This document shows, piece after piece, positions 28,607 to 38,946 of a DNA stretch of 64,000 nt (position 1 is the stretch's first letter; every line of letters starts with the position of its first letter). This DNA is from an uncultured delta proteobacterium. Its GTDB lineage: Bacteria; Myxococcota_A; Polyangia; Polyangiales; Polyangiaceae. The position numbers and the translations under genes were made by a program. The notes beneath the pieces are model-generated. The model was given only the letters and a program-made list of their open reading frames with translations. It did not search any database and was not told the DNA's origin. Location of the stretch: contig CAVQUB010000012.1 in assembly GCA_963716725.1 (NCBI GenBank), positions 160,001-224,000 of the forward strand, written 5' to 3'.

Positions 28607-29701
28607 GTGGATCCAATCCTCGTTTCAGCAGCCCTCGCGGCTCTGGCTGCCCTCTCGGCGGGATCGGTGGCGGTCATCCGAAGGCGTACGAACCAGGTCG
28701 CCCGCGCTGCTTTGGAGCTCGGCCTCCAATACGATGGCGAGCGGGACGTCCTGAAGGGCCGCAGAGCGGGCGTGAGCGTGGGAGCCGGGGCGGCGCCTGT
28801 TGTCAGGCAGCTGGAGGCGGAGCTCGGGCTTCGCAGGGAGGACGCCCTGAGCCGAAGCGTCTTCCGAGTCGCGGCAGCTCTCGACCCGCCGCTGGATCTC
28901 GGCTTGAAGGTCGAAGGCCGCGGATTCTTCTCGCTGCACGAGGACATCTTCGCGACGGACCACGATTTCGAGCACCGCTATGCGACGCATGTCGACGATC
29001 CCGCTCGAGCCCGTGCGCTGCTCGGCCCGGAGCTTCGGAGGCGGCTCGTGACCGTGGCCGGAATATGGAAAGCCTGGCTGGTCGACGGAGGCGTGTTGCT
29101 CGAATCCGCGAGCCGCCCCAACGCAGCGGAGCTGGTCGCTCTGGTCGACGCGGCGGAGGCGATCGTCGCCGACTTGGAAGAGCGCCGCGCGGACCTTCCG
29201 CTCCCGGCGCAGATCGAGAGCGTCATCGATTCGTGGCGGCGCCAAGCAGGCGAGCTCGAACTGAGCCTGAGCCTCAACCCCGTTCGCGCGGAGGGCAAGG
29301 CCCTTCGGGCGCGCATCGAGCGCGTTCACGCGAGATCCTTCGAGATGGTCGTGACCGCGGCCATCTCACCGCCACTCGGGCTCGAAGTGCAGGCGCGAAG
29401 CACTCAGGACATGGGGCTTGCCGTGACGTCGGCCCGCGACGTGACGACCGGAGAGCTGGCCTTCGACAGCGTTTTCGGCGCCGAGGCCCGCGACGAGAGC
29501 GCGTTTCGCCAGGCCTTCGGCGCCGAGGTGCGCCGTCACCTCCTCGACCTCGCCCCAGCGTACGCCGTGTCCGTGGACGACGCCGGCATCACCCTGCGCG
29601 GCGCGCTGGGCGACGGCGAGGCCTTCGGACGCATGTGTGCGCGAGCGAGCGAAGCTGCGGCGCTCCTTGCTCGGCGGCGCAGCGCGTCGGCCTACCGGTG
29701 A
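28607..29701 (+). CDS. Membrane-anchored hypothetical protein with internal duplication
   Basis: N-terminal anchor; two similar halves (LDPPLDLGLKV...DFEHRY / ISPPLGLEV...AFDSVF); ends SAYR. Confidence 0.7.
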   Translation: MDPILVSAALAALAALSAGSVAVIRRRTNQVARAALELGLQYDGERDVLKGRRAGVSVGAGAAPVVRQLEAELGLRREDALSRSVFRVAAALDPPLDLGLKVEGRGFFSLHEDIFATDHDFEHRYATHVDDPARARALLGPELRRRLVTVAGIWKAWLVDGGVLLESASRPNAAELVALVDAAEAIVADLEERRADLPLPAQIESVIDSWRRQAGELELSLSLNPVRAEGKALRARIERVHARSFEMVVTAAISPPLGLEVQARSTQDMGLAVTSARDVTTGELAFDSVFGAEARDESAFRQAFGAEVRRHLLDLAPAYAVSVDDAGITLRGALGDGEAFGRMCARASEAAALLARRRSASAYR

Positions 29702-29853
29702 AGGTGTGCGTCCAACTCGATCTTCGAGGTCAGCGACCAGACTGCACGAGGTGGGATAGCCACTCGCCAGCAGCCAGCACCCGGCACAGGTCAGCAGCTG
29801 CTCGCGAGAGCACCCGTCACGGTTGGCGAGGTTCCCCGCGCCTTCGCTCCCAG

Positions 29854-30285
29854 CTAACGCGGCTCGCGCGTCTTCGCATCTTCGTAGCGTAGGCCGTCGG
29901 GCTTGCCGAGCTCGACGGGCAGGCCCTCCGCGCGCCAGCCGGGCGTCATGCGACCAAACGCGTCGCGCGTGCCTTCCCAGCCCGTGAACAGGTTCGAGAC
30001 GTCGGTGTAGCCGACCTGGATCAGCATCTCCGCTGCGCGCAGCGAGCGCTGTCCGGAGCGGCAGCCCATCACCAGCTGCTCGTTCTTGCCGAAGCAACGC
30101 TGCATGACCTCGAGGAACTCGGGATTGGGCACCATGCCGGCGCCGCCCGCGTGAAGCAGCGGCACGTTGAACGAGCCCGGCGCGTGTCCTGCTTCGAACT
30201 CCGGTTCGCTGCGCACGTCCACGTAGACGGCACCGGCCTCCAGCAGCGCTTGGGTTTCTTGGGGCGAGACGCTCTTGACGGTCAC
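29854..30285 (-). CDS. Rhodanese-like domain protein
   Basis: YVDVRSEPEFEAGH, active-site CRSGQRS. Confidence 0.92.
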   Translation of the reverse strand: MTVKSVSPQETQALLEAGAVYVDVRSEPEFEAGHAPGSFNVPLLHAGGAGMVPNPEFLEVMQRCFGKNEQLVMGCRSGQRSLRAAEMLIQVGYTDVSNLFTGWEGTRDAFGRMTPGWRAEGLPVELGKPDGLRYEDAKTREPR

Positions 30286-30361
30286 GGGGCCTCCATTTTA
30301 GAGCGGCCGAACGTAGTGCCGACCGGGCGTCTCGGCTAGGGTCCCGAACCGGAGAACTGCT

Positions 30362-32008
30362 TTGACCCTTCGCATCGTGCCTTTGGGGGGCTTGGGCGAA
30401 ATTGGCATGAACTGCCTCGCCATCGAGCAACCCGACGGCATCTTGGTGGTCGACGCCGGCATCACGTTCCCGCATCAAGATCTCGGGGTCGACGTCTACC
30501 ACCCGGACTTCAGCTGGCTCGACCAGCATGCCGATCGCGTGGTCGGAGTCTTCCTGACACACGGTCACGAGGACCACGTCGGAGCGCTTCCCTATCTGCT
30601 CGAGCACCTCGACGTTCCGGTCTTCGGACCTCCGCACGCTCTGGCGATGGCCAAGCGCCGGCTGGTGGAGCACGATTTCGCTTCCCACGACCTCGATCTG
30701 CACGAGGTGCGGGCCGGCTCCCTGACTCGGGTCGGCCCCTTCGAGGTCGAGGCGATCCGTGTCTCACACTCCATCGTCGAAGCCAGCGCGCTCTGCATCG
30801 AGACCGCGGAAGGGTTCGTGGTCCACACCGGCGACTTCACCTTCGACGACGCGCCCCCGGACGGTGAGCCCGCCGACGTGGCGCGGCTCGAGGCCATCGG
30901 CAGCCGGGGCGTCGAGCTCTTGCTCAGCGACAGCACCAACGTGGACACGCCCGAGCGAGCCGGATCCGAGCGAGGGGTCGGCGCCGCCCTCGAGCGCATC
31001 GTCAGTCAGGCGCCCGCTCGGGTCGTGATCGCGCTCTTCGCCAGCAACGTGCAGCGCTTGATCTCTCTGGGCGGCATCGCGGCGCGAACCGGGCGCAGGA
31101 TCGCCCTCCTCGGTCGCAGCCTCACGACGCAACGTGAGATCGCGTCGGCTATCGGGCGTTTGAAGTGGCCGAGCAACCTGTTGGTCGCGCCCGAAGAGAT
31201 CAAGAACGTGCCGCGCGATCAGCTGATCCTGCTGGCCGGTGGCACCCAAGCGGAGCCCAACAGCGCCATGAGCCGCCTGGCTTCCGGCGCACACCCTCAC
31301 CTCACGCTCGACGCAGGCGACTCGGTGGTGTTTTCGTCGCGCGTGATCCCGGGCAACGAACGCGCGGTGCTCGCGCTGATGAACGATCTGCTGCGGCGGG
31401 GCCTGACGTTGCACACCCGCGCTACCGATCCGGACGTGCACACCAGCGGGCACGCGGGGCGTTCGGAACAGCGTCGCATGATCGAGCTGACGGCCCCCCG
31501 GGCCTTCGTGCCCGTGCACGGGACCCTCTCCCACCTGCTGCGACACGCCGAGCTCGCTCGCGAAATCGGAGTCGGTGAGGCGCTGGTGGTCGAAAATGGG
31601 CAGTCCGTGCGCTTCTCACGCCAGCAGGGGCTGTCCCGTGGGGAGCGCGTCGCGTGCGGCCGCATCGCAGTCGGACAGGGAGGCGAGCCGCTCTCCGTCG
31701 AGACGCTCGAGCTTCGCGCTGAACTTGGGAGGCGCGGACTGGTCTGCGTCAGCCTGCGCCTCGAAGAGTCGGGGGAAGTCCGCGACTCTCCGCTCGTCGC
31801 GTCGCGCGGCGTGCCGCTGATGGACGGCGATGAGGCTGCTCTGAGGAGCGTGGCGCGCGACGTGACCGCTTCCCTCGCACGGGTGCGTGGTTGGCGCGGC
31901 GTGGATCTCGAAGACGAGGTGCGGCGCGCGGTGCGGCGTCGCGTCGCAGCTATCTCCGGCGCGCGGCCGGTGGTCGAAGTGCTCCTGCAACGGCCCTCGC
32001 GATCGTAG
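30362..32008 (+). CDS. rnj: Ribonuclease J
   Basis: PLGGLGEIGMN, THGHEDHVG, HTGDF, SDSTN, HTSGH, PVHG. Confidence 0.95.
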   Translation: MTLRIVPLGGLGEIGMNCLAIEQPDGILVVDAGITFPHQDLGVDVYHPDFSWLDQHADRVVGVFLTHGHEDHVGALPYLLEHLDVPVFGPPHALAMAKRRLVEHDFASHDLDLHEVRAGSLTRVGPFEVEAIRVSHSIVEASALCIETAEGFVVHTGDFTFDDAPPDGEPADVARLEAIGSRGVELLLSDSTNVDTPERAGSERGVGAALERIVSQAPARVVIALFASNVQRLISLGGIAARTGRRIALLGRSLTTQREIASAIGRLKWPSNLLVAPEEIKNVPRDQLILLAGGTQAEPNSAMSRLASGAHPHLTLDAGDSVVFSSRVIPGNERAVLALMNDLLRRGLTLHTRATDPDVHTSGHAGRSEQRRMIELTAPRAFVPVHGTLSHLLRHAELAREIGVGEALVVENGQSVRFSRQQGLSRGERVACGRIAVGQGGEPLSVETLELRAELGRRGLVCVSLRLEESGEVRDSPLVASRGVPLMDGDEAALRSVARDVTASLARVRGWRGVDLEDEVRRAVRRRVAAISGARPVVEVLLQRPSRS

Positions 32009-32025
32009 TAGACTGGACCCCGCTC

Positions 32026-33102
32026 ATGCCTTCGGTCTGGCCCAGCCTGCTCCTGGTCTCCCTCTCGCTCGCCGCGGCGGGCTGCGACCCGGAGCCAACC
32101 CGCGAGCCGAGCACCGCTCCGAAGTCGCCGCCCACGCCGAGCGTGGCTGCGGCGAGGGATGACGCGTCATTCAGGTTTGCAGGCGCGGAGCGGGTGGTGG
32201 CCATCGGCGATCTTCACGGCGATGTCGCGGCGACCCGGACGGCGTTTCGACTGGCCGGAGCCATCGACGACAAGGACGCCTGGGTCGGCGGAAAGCTGGT
32301 GGTGGTCCAGACCGGGGACCAACTCGACCGCGGCGACGACGAGCCCGAAATCTTGGACTTCCTCGAGAAGCTGGCGGCGCGTGCCACGAGCGTGGGCGGA
32401 GCAGTGCACGTGCTCAATGGCAACCACGAGGTCATGAACGTTGCCGGGGACTTCCGTTACGTGACGGGGGACGGCTTCCGCGACTACCAGAGCACGCCGC
32501 TGGTGGGACAGCGTGGCAAGCAGGCTTCGCTGCTGCCGGCGGAGCACCATGGCCGAGCCGCTGCGTTCTTGCCCGGCGGCCCGGTTGCGCAGAAGCTCGC
32601 GCCCCACCCGGTGGTGATCGTGGTGGGCGACACCGTGTTCGCGCACGGCGGAGTATTGCCCGGACACGTACGCTACGGCCTCGGCAAGCTCAACGACGAA
32701 TCGCGGCGCTGGATGCTCGGCGAGAACCGTCGCATGCCCGACATCTTGAACGGTGAGACGGCGCCGATCTGGACCCGTGACTACTCGGACGGGGAGCCGA
32801 CGGCCCGCGCGTGCGCAGCCCTCGACACGGTGCTCGGCGATCTGAAGGTGAAGCGCATGGTCGTGGGGCACACCGTGCAGAAATCCGGGATCACGAGCGC
32901 CTGCGGCGACAAGATCTGGCGCATCGACGTCGGCATGGCGAAACACTACGGTGGGCGCCCCGCGGCGTTGGAGATCCGCGGCGCAGTCGTGCGGGCGCTG
33001 GCCGAAGGCGCCATCGAGGCCGGAGTCGCCGCGCCGGAGGCCTCGGCTCCCGGGGGCAAGCCGCGGCCGGTGGTGAAACTGCCAATGCAACCGCGCCCCT
33101 GA
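32026..33102 (+). CDS. Shewanella-like (Shelph) metallophosphatase, lipoprotein
   Basis: GDLHGD, GDQLDRG, GNHE, HGG, VGHT, IDVG; lipobox AAGC. Confidence 0.85.
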   Translation: MPSVWPSLLLVSLSLAAAGCDPEPTREPSTAPKSPPTPSVAAARDDASFRFAGAERVVAIGDLHGDVAATRTAFRLAGAIDDKDAWVGGKLVVVQTGDQLDRGDDEPEILDFLEKLAARATSVGGAVHVLNGNHEVMNVAGDFRYVTGDGFRDYQSTPLVGQRGKQASLLPAEHHGRAAAFLPGGPVAQKLAPHPVVIVVGDTVFAHGGVLPGHVRYGLGKLNDESRRWMLGENRRMPDILNGETAPIWTRDYSDGEPTARACAALDTVLGDLKVKRMVVGHTVQKSGITSACGDKIWRIDVGMAKHYGGRPAALEIRGAVVRALAEGAIEAGVAAPEASAPGGKPRPVVKLPMQPRP

Positions 33103-33127
33103 GCGCGGGTGGCAAGATCACCTCGCG

Positions 33128-33958
33128 CTACCGCCCGAAGGGAACCAGCAGCGCTTCCTGGGTTCCCTCGGGCGCTTGCTCGCCTTCGTCGAGGGTTCGG
33201 AGCACGAGCTCGCGACCCTGACCCGACACGACGGCGACGCGCAGCGCGCGCATGGGTTCGAGCGTGCGCTGCGGGCTGCCGACCGTGGTCGGGGGACCGC
33301 TCTTCACCGACGGCGCGATCAGCTCTTCGACGCTCATGACCAAGGTGCGCTCGCCCACGTCACGACTCGACGACGAGCGCACGTTGGTCAGGGTGGCGTC
33401 GAGCCCATCCGACATCACGGTGGGAGGGCGAGGCCGATTCGGCGGCGCCTGCAGCGCCTCGGGGATGGGCAGATCGGTGATGGCCGCAGCGACGGCATGC
33501 TCCGCCGCGAGCTCCGGCTGGGACGCCTGACACGCTTCGAGCAGCGCGGCGTCGGGCGTGATGTGCGAGGTCAGCTCCTCGGGCATGACTCGATAGGGTG
33601 CGGTCTGGAGCAGGCTCTTGCTCGGTCGCGACACGCTGGGACTCATCGCGCTCGCGCCGCCGCCGAGCGGAGTGGTGACCGACTGCGGCGGCGGGGCGGC
33701 GGTGGGCGGTTTGGTGGTGCGCCGCGGGGGTAGCGGGCGATGTTCGAGCTCCGAGAGCACGCGCCCCAGCGAGTAGGCGCGGTCGGGGCGTCCTTCTTTG
33801 CTCGCCGCCTGCATCGCCGCAGTGAGCCACTTGAGGGTCTGCTCGCGACTGCCTCGCGTCCACATGGCCAGCGCTGTCTCGAGGGCCCAGCGCACATCCG
33901 CCGAGTCGTCCGGCTGCGGTTCGACCGCCGAATCGATGAACTCGCGCTCCCCGCTCAT
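33128..33958 (-). CDS. Hypothetical protein (helical N-domain, Pro-rich middle, short C-domain)
   Basis: ATG 11 nt downstream of the thiolase stop; coding-like codon use. Confidence 0.75.
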   Translation of the reverse strand: MSGEREFIDSAVEPQPDDSADVRWALETALAMWTRGSREQTLKWLTAAMQAASKEGRPDRAYSLGRVLSELEHRPLPPRRTTKPPTAAPPPQSVTTPLGGGASAMSPSVSRPSKSLLQTAPYRVMPEELTSHITPDAALLEACQASQPELAAEHAVAAAITDLPIPEALQAPPNRPRPPTVMSDGLDATLTNVRSSSSRDVGERTLVMSVEELIAPSVKSGPPTTVGSPQRTLEPMRALRVAVVSGQGRELVLRTLDEGEQAPEGTQEALLVPFGR

Positions 33959-33968
33959 CTCGGGAACC

Positions 33969-35177
33969 CTACACGCGTTCGAAGAGCGTGGCGATGCCTT
34001 GTCCCACTCCGATGCAGAGCGTCGCCAGGCCGACTCTGGCTTTCTGGTCGGTTTTCATGCAACCGAGCAGAGTGGCGACGATGCGCGCGCCGGAACAACC
34101 GATGGGGTGTCCAAGCGCAATGGACCCGCCGCGCAGGTTGACGCGCGCGGGATCGAGGTCGAGGCCGCGCATGCAAGCCAGGCTCTGAGCGGCGAAAGCC
34201 TCGTTGAGCTCCACCACGTCGACATTCGGGACCCGCAGCCCCGCCTTCGCTAGCAGCTTCTTGGTGGCGGGGATCGGGCCTTCGCCCATGTAACTCGGAT
34301 CCACGCCGGCGGTTGCCGAGCCTGCCCAGCGCGCGACGGGCGAGAGTCCCAGCTCCCTCACCGCGCTCTCGGAGGCCAGGAGCACGGCGGCGGATCCATC
34401 GTTCAGCGGCGACGAGTTGCCCGCGGTGACCGAGCCTCCCTCACGGAACGCCGCCTTGAGCTTGCCGAGCGCTGCCAGCGAGCTGTCGGGGCGCACACAC
34501 TCGTCGCGATCGACGACGATGGCAGGCCCCTTCTTCTGCGGGACCTCCACCGGCACGAGCTCATCGGCAAACACGCCCTTCTGCCAAGCCGCCGCTGCCT
34601 TCTGGTGAGACGCGAGCGCGAACTCGTCCTGCTCGTCGCGAGTGATGCCATACTTCTTCGCGACGTTTTCGGCCGTTTCGCCCATGCCCAGCAGCTCGAA
34701 ACGATCTTTCATGCGGGGGTTCGGGTAGCGCCAGCCCAGGCTCGTGTCGTAGATCGTCGGCGGTGTGCGGGGGAACGCCTCCTCGGGCTTGGGCATCGAG
34801 TATGGCGCACGAGTCATGCTCTCGACGCCGCCGCCGATGGCCACGTCGACTTCGCCGAGGGCGATCATGCGCGCCGCGTCGTTGACCGCCTCGAGCCCCG
34901 AGCCGCACAGGCGATTCACCGTGACTGCCGCGACCTCGTAGGGCAGGCCCGCGAGCAACACGGCCATCCGGGCCACGTTGCGATTGTCTTCCCCGGCCTG
35001 ATTGGTCGCGCCGAACACCACCTGATCCAGGCGCGCGCAGGCGGCCGGTTGACGCTTCATCAGCGCGGACACGACATGGGCGGCGAGATCGTCGGAGCGG
35101 ACGCGAGCGAGGGCGCCCTGGAATCGGCCGATGGGGGTGCGCACCGCATCGACCACGAACACGGTCTGCGAGGTCAT
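33969..35177 (-). CDS. Thiolase (acetyl-CoA C-acyltransferase, PcaF/PaaJ-like)
   Basis: NQAGEDNRNVARM, NRLCGSG, NEAFA, GHPIG, CIGVGQG. Confidence 0.95.
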   Translation of the reverse strand: MTSQTVFVVDAVRTPIGRFQGALARVRSDDLAAHVVSALMKRQPAACARLDQVVFGATNQAGEDNRNVARMAVLLAGLPYEVAAVTVNRLCGSGLEAVNDAARMIALGEVDVAIGGGVESMTRAPYSMPKPEEAFPRTPPTIYDTSLGWRYPNPRMKDRFELLGMGETAENVAKKYGITRDEQDEFALASHQKAAAAWQKGVFADELVPVEVPQKKGPAIVVDRDECVRPDSSLAALGKLKAAFREGGSVTAGNSSPLNDGSAAVLLASESAVRELGLSPVARWAGSATAGVDPSYMGEGPIPATKKLLAKAGLRVPNVDVVELNEAFAAQSLACMRGLDLDPARVNLRGGSIALGHPIGCSGARIVATLLGCMKTDQKARVGLATLCIGVGQGIATLFERV

Positions 35178-35246
35178 GGGCCAGACTCTAAGGCAGCGCC
35201 GGATCCGCGGCGACAACTTCCGCGGATCTCGACTAGTATCGCCCGC

Positions 35247-36659
35247 ATGCCGAACCCGCCGCCCTGGGACGTGTGGCCGTATCATCGAGCGGGATCCGCC
35301 GTGACCTTTCCCCGCGACGAGGGCTGGCACCGGCTGCTGCCCGGGCGCATCGCCAACCCGTCGATGTCGGACATGGAGTGGGTGTACCTGAACGCCCACG
35401 TCCAAGAGCAGGGCGGCGCCGGTCGCCGCTTCAGCGTGTTCGCCGCGTACTTCACCCAGGGTCTGCGCTTCTTGGTCGTGCGCGCCTTCGATGCCAACGA
35501 CCGTTTCATCGCGGAGTGGACCGGGACCGCGTGGGGCCTCTTGCGCGCGTCCCCGGAGCACCTCGATCTATCCTTCAAGCACGGCGGCGGTACCGACACT
35601 TGGGCGAACCGCGAGAGCTCCGGGAGCCTCGTCCCCTTCGCCTCCGACCTCGACGCCACCGACGATGCCGGGCACTTCGCCGTGAAGCTGTCGATCGACA
35701 ACCGGAAGCGACCCTACGAGGCCGGCGGCAAGGGCTACCTGCCCTTCGGTCGGCGCGGCGCCTTCTACTACTATTCGCTGACCCGGCTCGACGTCCAAGG
35801 CAGCCTCGAGCTCGACAAGCCCGGCGGCGGCAAGGAGACGGTGAGCGTCAAGGGCATCGGCTGGTACGACCACCAGTGGGGGCCCTTCTACGTCACGCCG
35901 ATCCGCAATCGGAACCTGGAACAATACGAGTGGATGAGCATCCAGCTCGACTCGGGCGACGAGCTGCTCTTGACGACGGTGTGGGAGGCCAACGGCTCGA
36001 CCCCGAGCTTGCCCGCTTACGGCGGAGCGGGACTGATCCGCGCCGACGGCACCTTCGACAAAGTGGTCGGCGCGGAGCGCTGGAAGCGCACCAAGTTCTG
36101 GCGCTCGCCCCAGCAGCACGCCGTTTACTCGGCAGGCTGGACCTTCGACGCACCCGAGTGGGGTACCTCCCTCACCATCGCGCCGAGGTACCACGATCAG
36201 CTCACCCCGCTCGTGGACGCCCCGCCGCCGAATCTACTCGGCGCGATGAGCCGGCTCTTCGAGGGTTGGGCCAACTGGCTAGGGGAGTTTTGGGAAGGGA
36301 GCTGTCGCGTCACCGGAACTTTCGCCGGCCAACCTGCGTCGGGCTACGCGTTCGCAGAGCTGATCAAGCGCTACGACGATCCGGAGTTCGACATCCGAGT
36401 GCCGCGCAACGACCCCGATCTGACCGTGCTCGAGTGGCGTGTGCAGAATCCCGACGAGCAGGTGCCCCTGACCTTCCGCTTCTTCCTCGAACGCGAAGAT
36501 GGCACGCCGATCCTCGATCAAGACGGGCTCGACATCCCGGTGATGGTGCTCGACGACCCATCGCTGCCGAAGAACCAACCGCTGATCGCCCGCGTGGTGG
36601 CCAAGAGCGCCGACGGCGCGCTGTCAGGCATGGCCTCGGTGGCGGTTCAGCTCCGCTGA
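35247..36659 (+). CDS. CrtC/AttH-like (lipocalin-fold) protein with extra C-terminal beta domain
   Basis: FPRDEGWH, EWVYLN, YYYSLTRL, GWYDHQWG, YEWMSIQL, FWEG. Confidence 0.8.
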   Translation: MPNPPPWDVWPYHRAGSAVTFPRDEGWHRLLPGRIANPSMSDMEWVYLNAHVQEQGGAGRRFSVFAAYFTQGLRFLVVRAFDANDRFIAEWTGTAWGLLRASPEHLDLSFKHGGGTDTWANRESSGSLVPFASDLDATDDAGHFAVKLSIDNRKRPYEAGGKGYLPFGRRGAFYYYSLTRLDVQGSLELDKPGGGKETVSVKGIGWYDHQWGPFYVTPIRNRNLEQYEWMSIQLDSGDELLLTTVWEANGSTPSLPAYGGAGLIRADGTFDKVVGAERWKRTKFWRSPQQHAVYSAGWTFDAPEWGTSLTIAPRYHDQLTPLVDAPPPNLLGAMSRLFEGWANWLGEFWEGSCRVTGTFAGQPASGYAFAELIKRYDDPEFDIRVPRNDPDLTVLEWRVQNPDEQVPLTFRFFLEREDGTPILDQDGLDIPVMVLDDPSLPKNQPLIARVVAKSADGALSGMASVAVQLR

Positions 36660-36728
36660 GCGTCAGGCTTTGGTCGAGCGTCCGTCGAGGCGTGCGCTCG
36701 TTTTGCGAGGCGGAAGCCCCCGCGCGGC

Positions 36729-38792
36729 TCAGGGGCAGGCGCCCTTCCAGTCGTCCTTGGGCGCGAACAGCGTGGCCGTGCCGGTCTTCAGGAACGACTC
36801 GGCGAAGCACGCATACTGAAACTTCACGTCGTCACGGTGTGAATAGACGGCGTGGCCGTCGGCCGCGGCCTCTCCGGGCAACGCCTTGGGCTCGTGCTGG
36901 ACCACCACGCCCGTGTAGGCGGCGCCGTCCGCGGACTTCAGGTTGTTCGCGACCGGATAGCCTGCGATGCCGCCGAGGCCGCCCGCGGTGAGCGCCTGCT
37001 GCATGCTGGGCCACAGCTCGCCGCCCGCCTGGGTGTGGCCATAAGCCAGCGCCATGGCGTCGTAGGTGGCTGTCGCAAAGTAACTATCGCTCGGCGCCAC
37101 GGGCTCATAGATGGGTCGCGCCGGATGGCCTGGCAGCGGCCGGCGCGCGACGCGCGTCGCGTACACGATGGGATCCCCCGCCTCGAGGGCGCCCGCGCCG
37201 AGCGCCAGGACCGGGTGCAGGTGCGTGAGCGGGACCTCGGTGTCGAGGATCAGGCCGAGCAGCGCGGGGATCTTGCCGCCCTTCAGCGGCGTGTGCACGA
37301 TGAAGTGAGGCCACATTCCCCCGGCTCCGGTGGGCACCGCGAGGCGCAGGAGCGGCTCGATGGAGGCGATCATGTTGGTGTACATGCCGCCCATGGACTG
37401 ACCGGTGACCATGGTGTTGGCGGCGTCGAAACGATAGTGCATTGCGCCTGCTGGCAGCGCCGGCCCCGCGCACGCGCCCAGCGCGGCCGGCTCGATCTTC
37501 AGCTTGTGGAGCGCTTCGATGAACAGGCGCAGCTCGAATTGCCCTTGGCGGAACGTGTCGCGCAGGGCCGCCAGGTTGTTCACGTTCAGGTACGCGGTTG
37601 GGGTCGCTCCCGGCAGCCGCTCGGGGTTGAGGGGCATGGCGCTGCCGGCCATCGCCATGCCGTGCGCCGCGTAGGGGAACGCAGGACCGATGGGCCCCCC
37701 GGGCTTGTCGTCGTCACCCACCGGGCGCAGGAGCGCGATGCTGTAGCCACCCGAGCCGTGAATGTTGATCATGAGCGGGTAGCCTTCGAGCGGCATCGCG
37801 GTCTTCGGCAGCACGATCTTGATCGGCGCAGTCTCCTTGCGTTGCTCCACCGGAAGGCCGTTCGCGCCGATGACGAAGAGCCCCTCGACGTCGTAAGGCG
37901 GCTTGCCCGGCTGAAACTGCGGGTACTCGATGCTGCCTTCGAGCACGCATACGTCGGAGATCTCGGGGTCGACGTGCTCCTTCAAGCCGGTGATCTCGAG
38001 GTCGTAGGCGTCGAGGACGGCCTGGCTCAGCGCCGCTTGGTCGGCGACGGCGTCCCCGGTGGTGAACACGGTGGCGGCGGCGACCGACGCGCGCTCCACC
38101 TTCAGCGCGTCCAGCGTTTCCCACAGCGGCGCGTACAGCTCATCCGCGCGCTTCTCGGCTGAGCCTGCTGGGGCGCGCTTGGCCAGCCGCGCGAGCAGAG
38201 GAGATTGGGTCAGTGGCTTGCCCCTCGCGTCGCCCAGGCCGCGGGTCACCACCACGGCGTAGCGCGTGCTCGGGCGCAGCATGAAACCCGGGCGAGCCGC
38301 GACGGAGATCACGTTCTCAGCGGTGTAGATGTCGGGCTCCAAGGTCTGCGCGATGGTCGGCACGAGCCCGCCGCGCTCCGGCGAGGCCGGATCGACGTCG
38401 ACGAGCAACACGGTCGCGCTCGCGTCAGCGGCGATCACGTCATCGACGCTCTGGGGCGCGAGCGCAGCCGTGAAGCGAAAGTGCGTCACTGGGATCACCG
38501 GAAACCCGACGGCGTCTTCGGCGTTGGCGACCAGACCGTGCAGAATGAACACGTCGTTCGGGTTGGCGAAGCCGTCGAGCATCGGGTGACCGTCGGCGTC
38601 CTTGCGAAGGTCGCTGGGGTAGGGGACGTCGAAGAAGCGTGCGGGGGCGGTGAGATCTGCGCCCAGGTCCATCACGAGCCGAGTGCCGGTGGGCGCCGGG
38701 GTCGAGTCGTCGCCCCCGCAGGCTGCGAGCAGCAGGGCAGCTGCGATCCCCAAGGCCTTCGGAAAACGGTGGATGACCATCGTCTGTTTCAT
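36729..38792 (-). CDS. Lipoprotein with Ig-like N-region and alpha/beta-hydrolase domain
   Basis: Lipobox LAAC; PYPSD...DGF; HGSGG; nucleophile elbow GQSMGG; C-terminal GH. Confidence 0.8.
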   Translation of the reverse strand: MKQTMVIHRFPKALGIAAALLLAACGGDDSTPAPTGTRLVMDLGADLTAPARFFDVPYPSDLRKDADGHPMLDGFANPNDVFILHGLVANAEDAVGFPVIPVTHFRFTAALAPQSVDDVIAADASATVLLVDVDPASPERGGLVPTIAQTLEPDIYTAENVISVAARPGFMLRPSTRYAVVVTRGLGDARGKPLTQSPLLARLAKRAPAGSAEKRADELYAPLWETLDALKVERASVAAATVFTTGDAVADQAALSQAVLDAYDLEITGLKEHVDPEISDVCVLEGSIEYPQFQPGKPPYDVEGLFVIGANGLPVEQRKETAPIKIVLPKTAMPLEGYPLMINIHGSGGYSIALLRPVGDDDKPGGPIGPAFPYAAHGMAMAGSAMPLNPERLPGATPTAYLNVNNLAALRDTFRQGQFELRLFIEALHKLKIEPAALGACAGPALPAGAMHYRFDAANTMVTGQSMGGMYTNMIASIEPLLRLAVPTGAGGMWPHFIVHTPLKGGKIPALLGLILDTEVPLTHLHPVLALGAGALEAGDPIVYATRVARRPLPGHPARPIYEPVAPSDSYFATATYDAMALAYGHTQAGGELWPSMQQALTAGGLGGIAGYPVANNLKSADGAAYTGVVVQHEPKALPGEAAADGHAVYSHRDDVKFQYACFAESFLKTGTATLFAPKDDWKGACP

Positions 38793-38946
38793 GCCACCTC
38801 TCGGCAGCAGAATCACGCAACTTTGCGTTCGAGGCCCTTGCTCGCAGCTTCCCGCGGACGCCCGGCGCTGCCCGCCGACCTCGCGTCCGTCCGTCGCGAA
38901 GTTCCCGATTGACCTTGGCGCTTCGCTCAACGGAAGATCCGACGCC

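Noticed and set aside
29702..29853. Intergenic gap between convergent genes examined for tRNA or ncRNA
   Set aside because: No cloverleaf, T-loop motif or convincing long stem.
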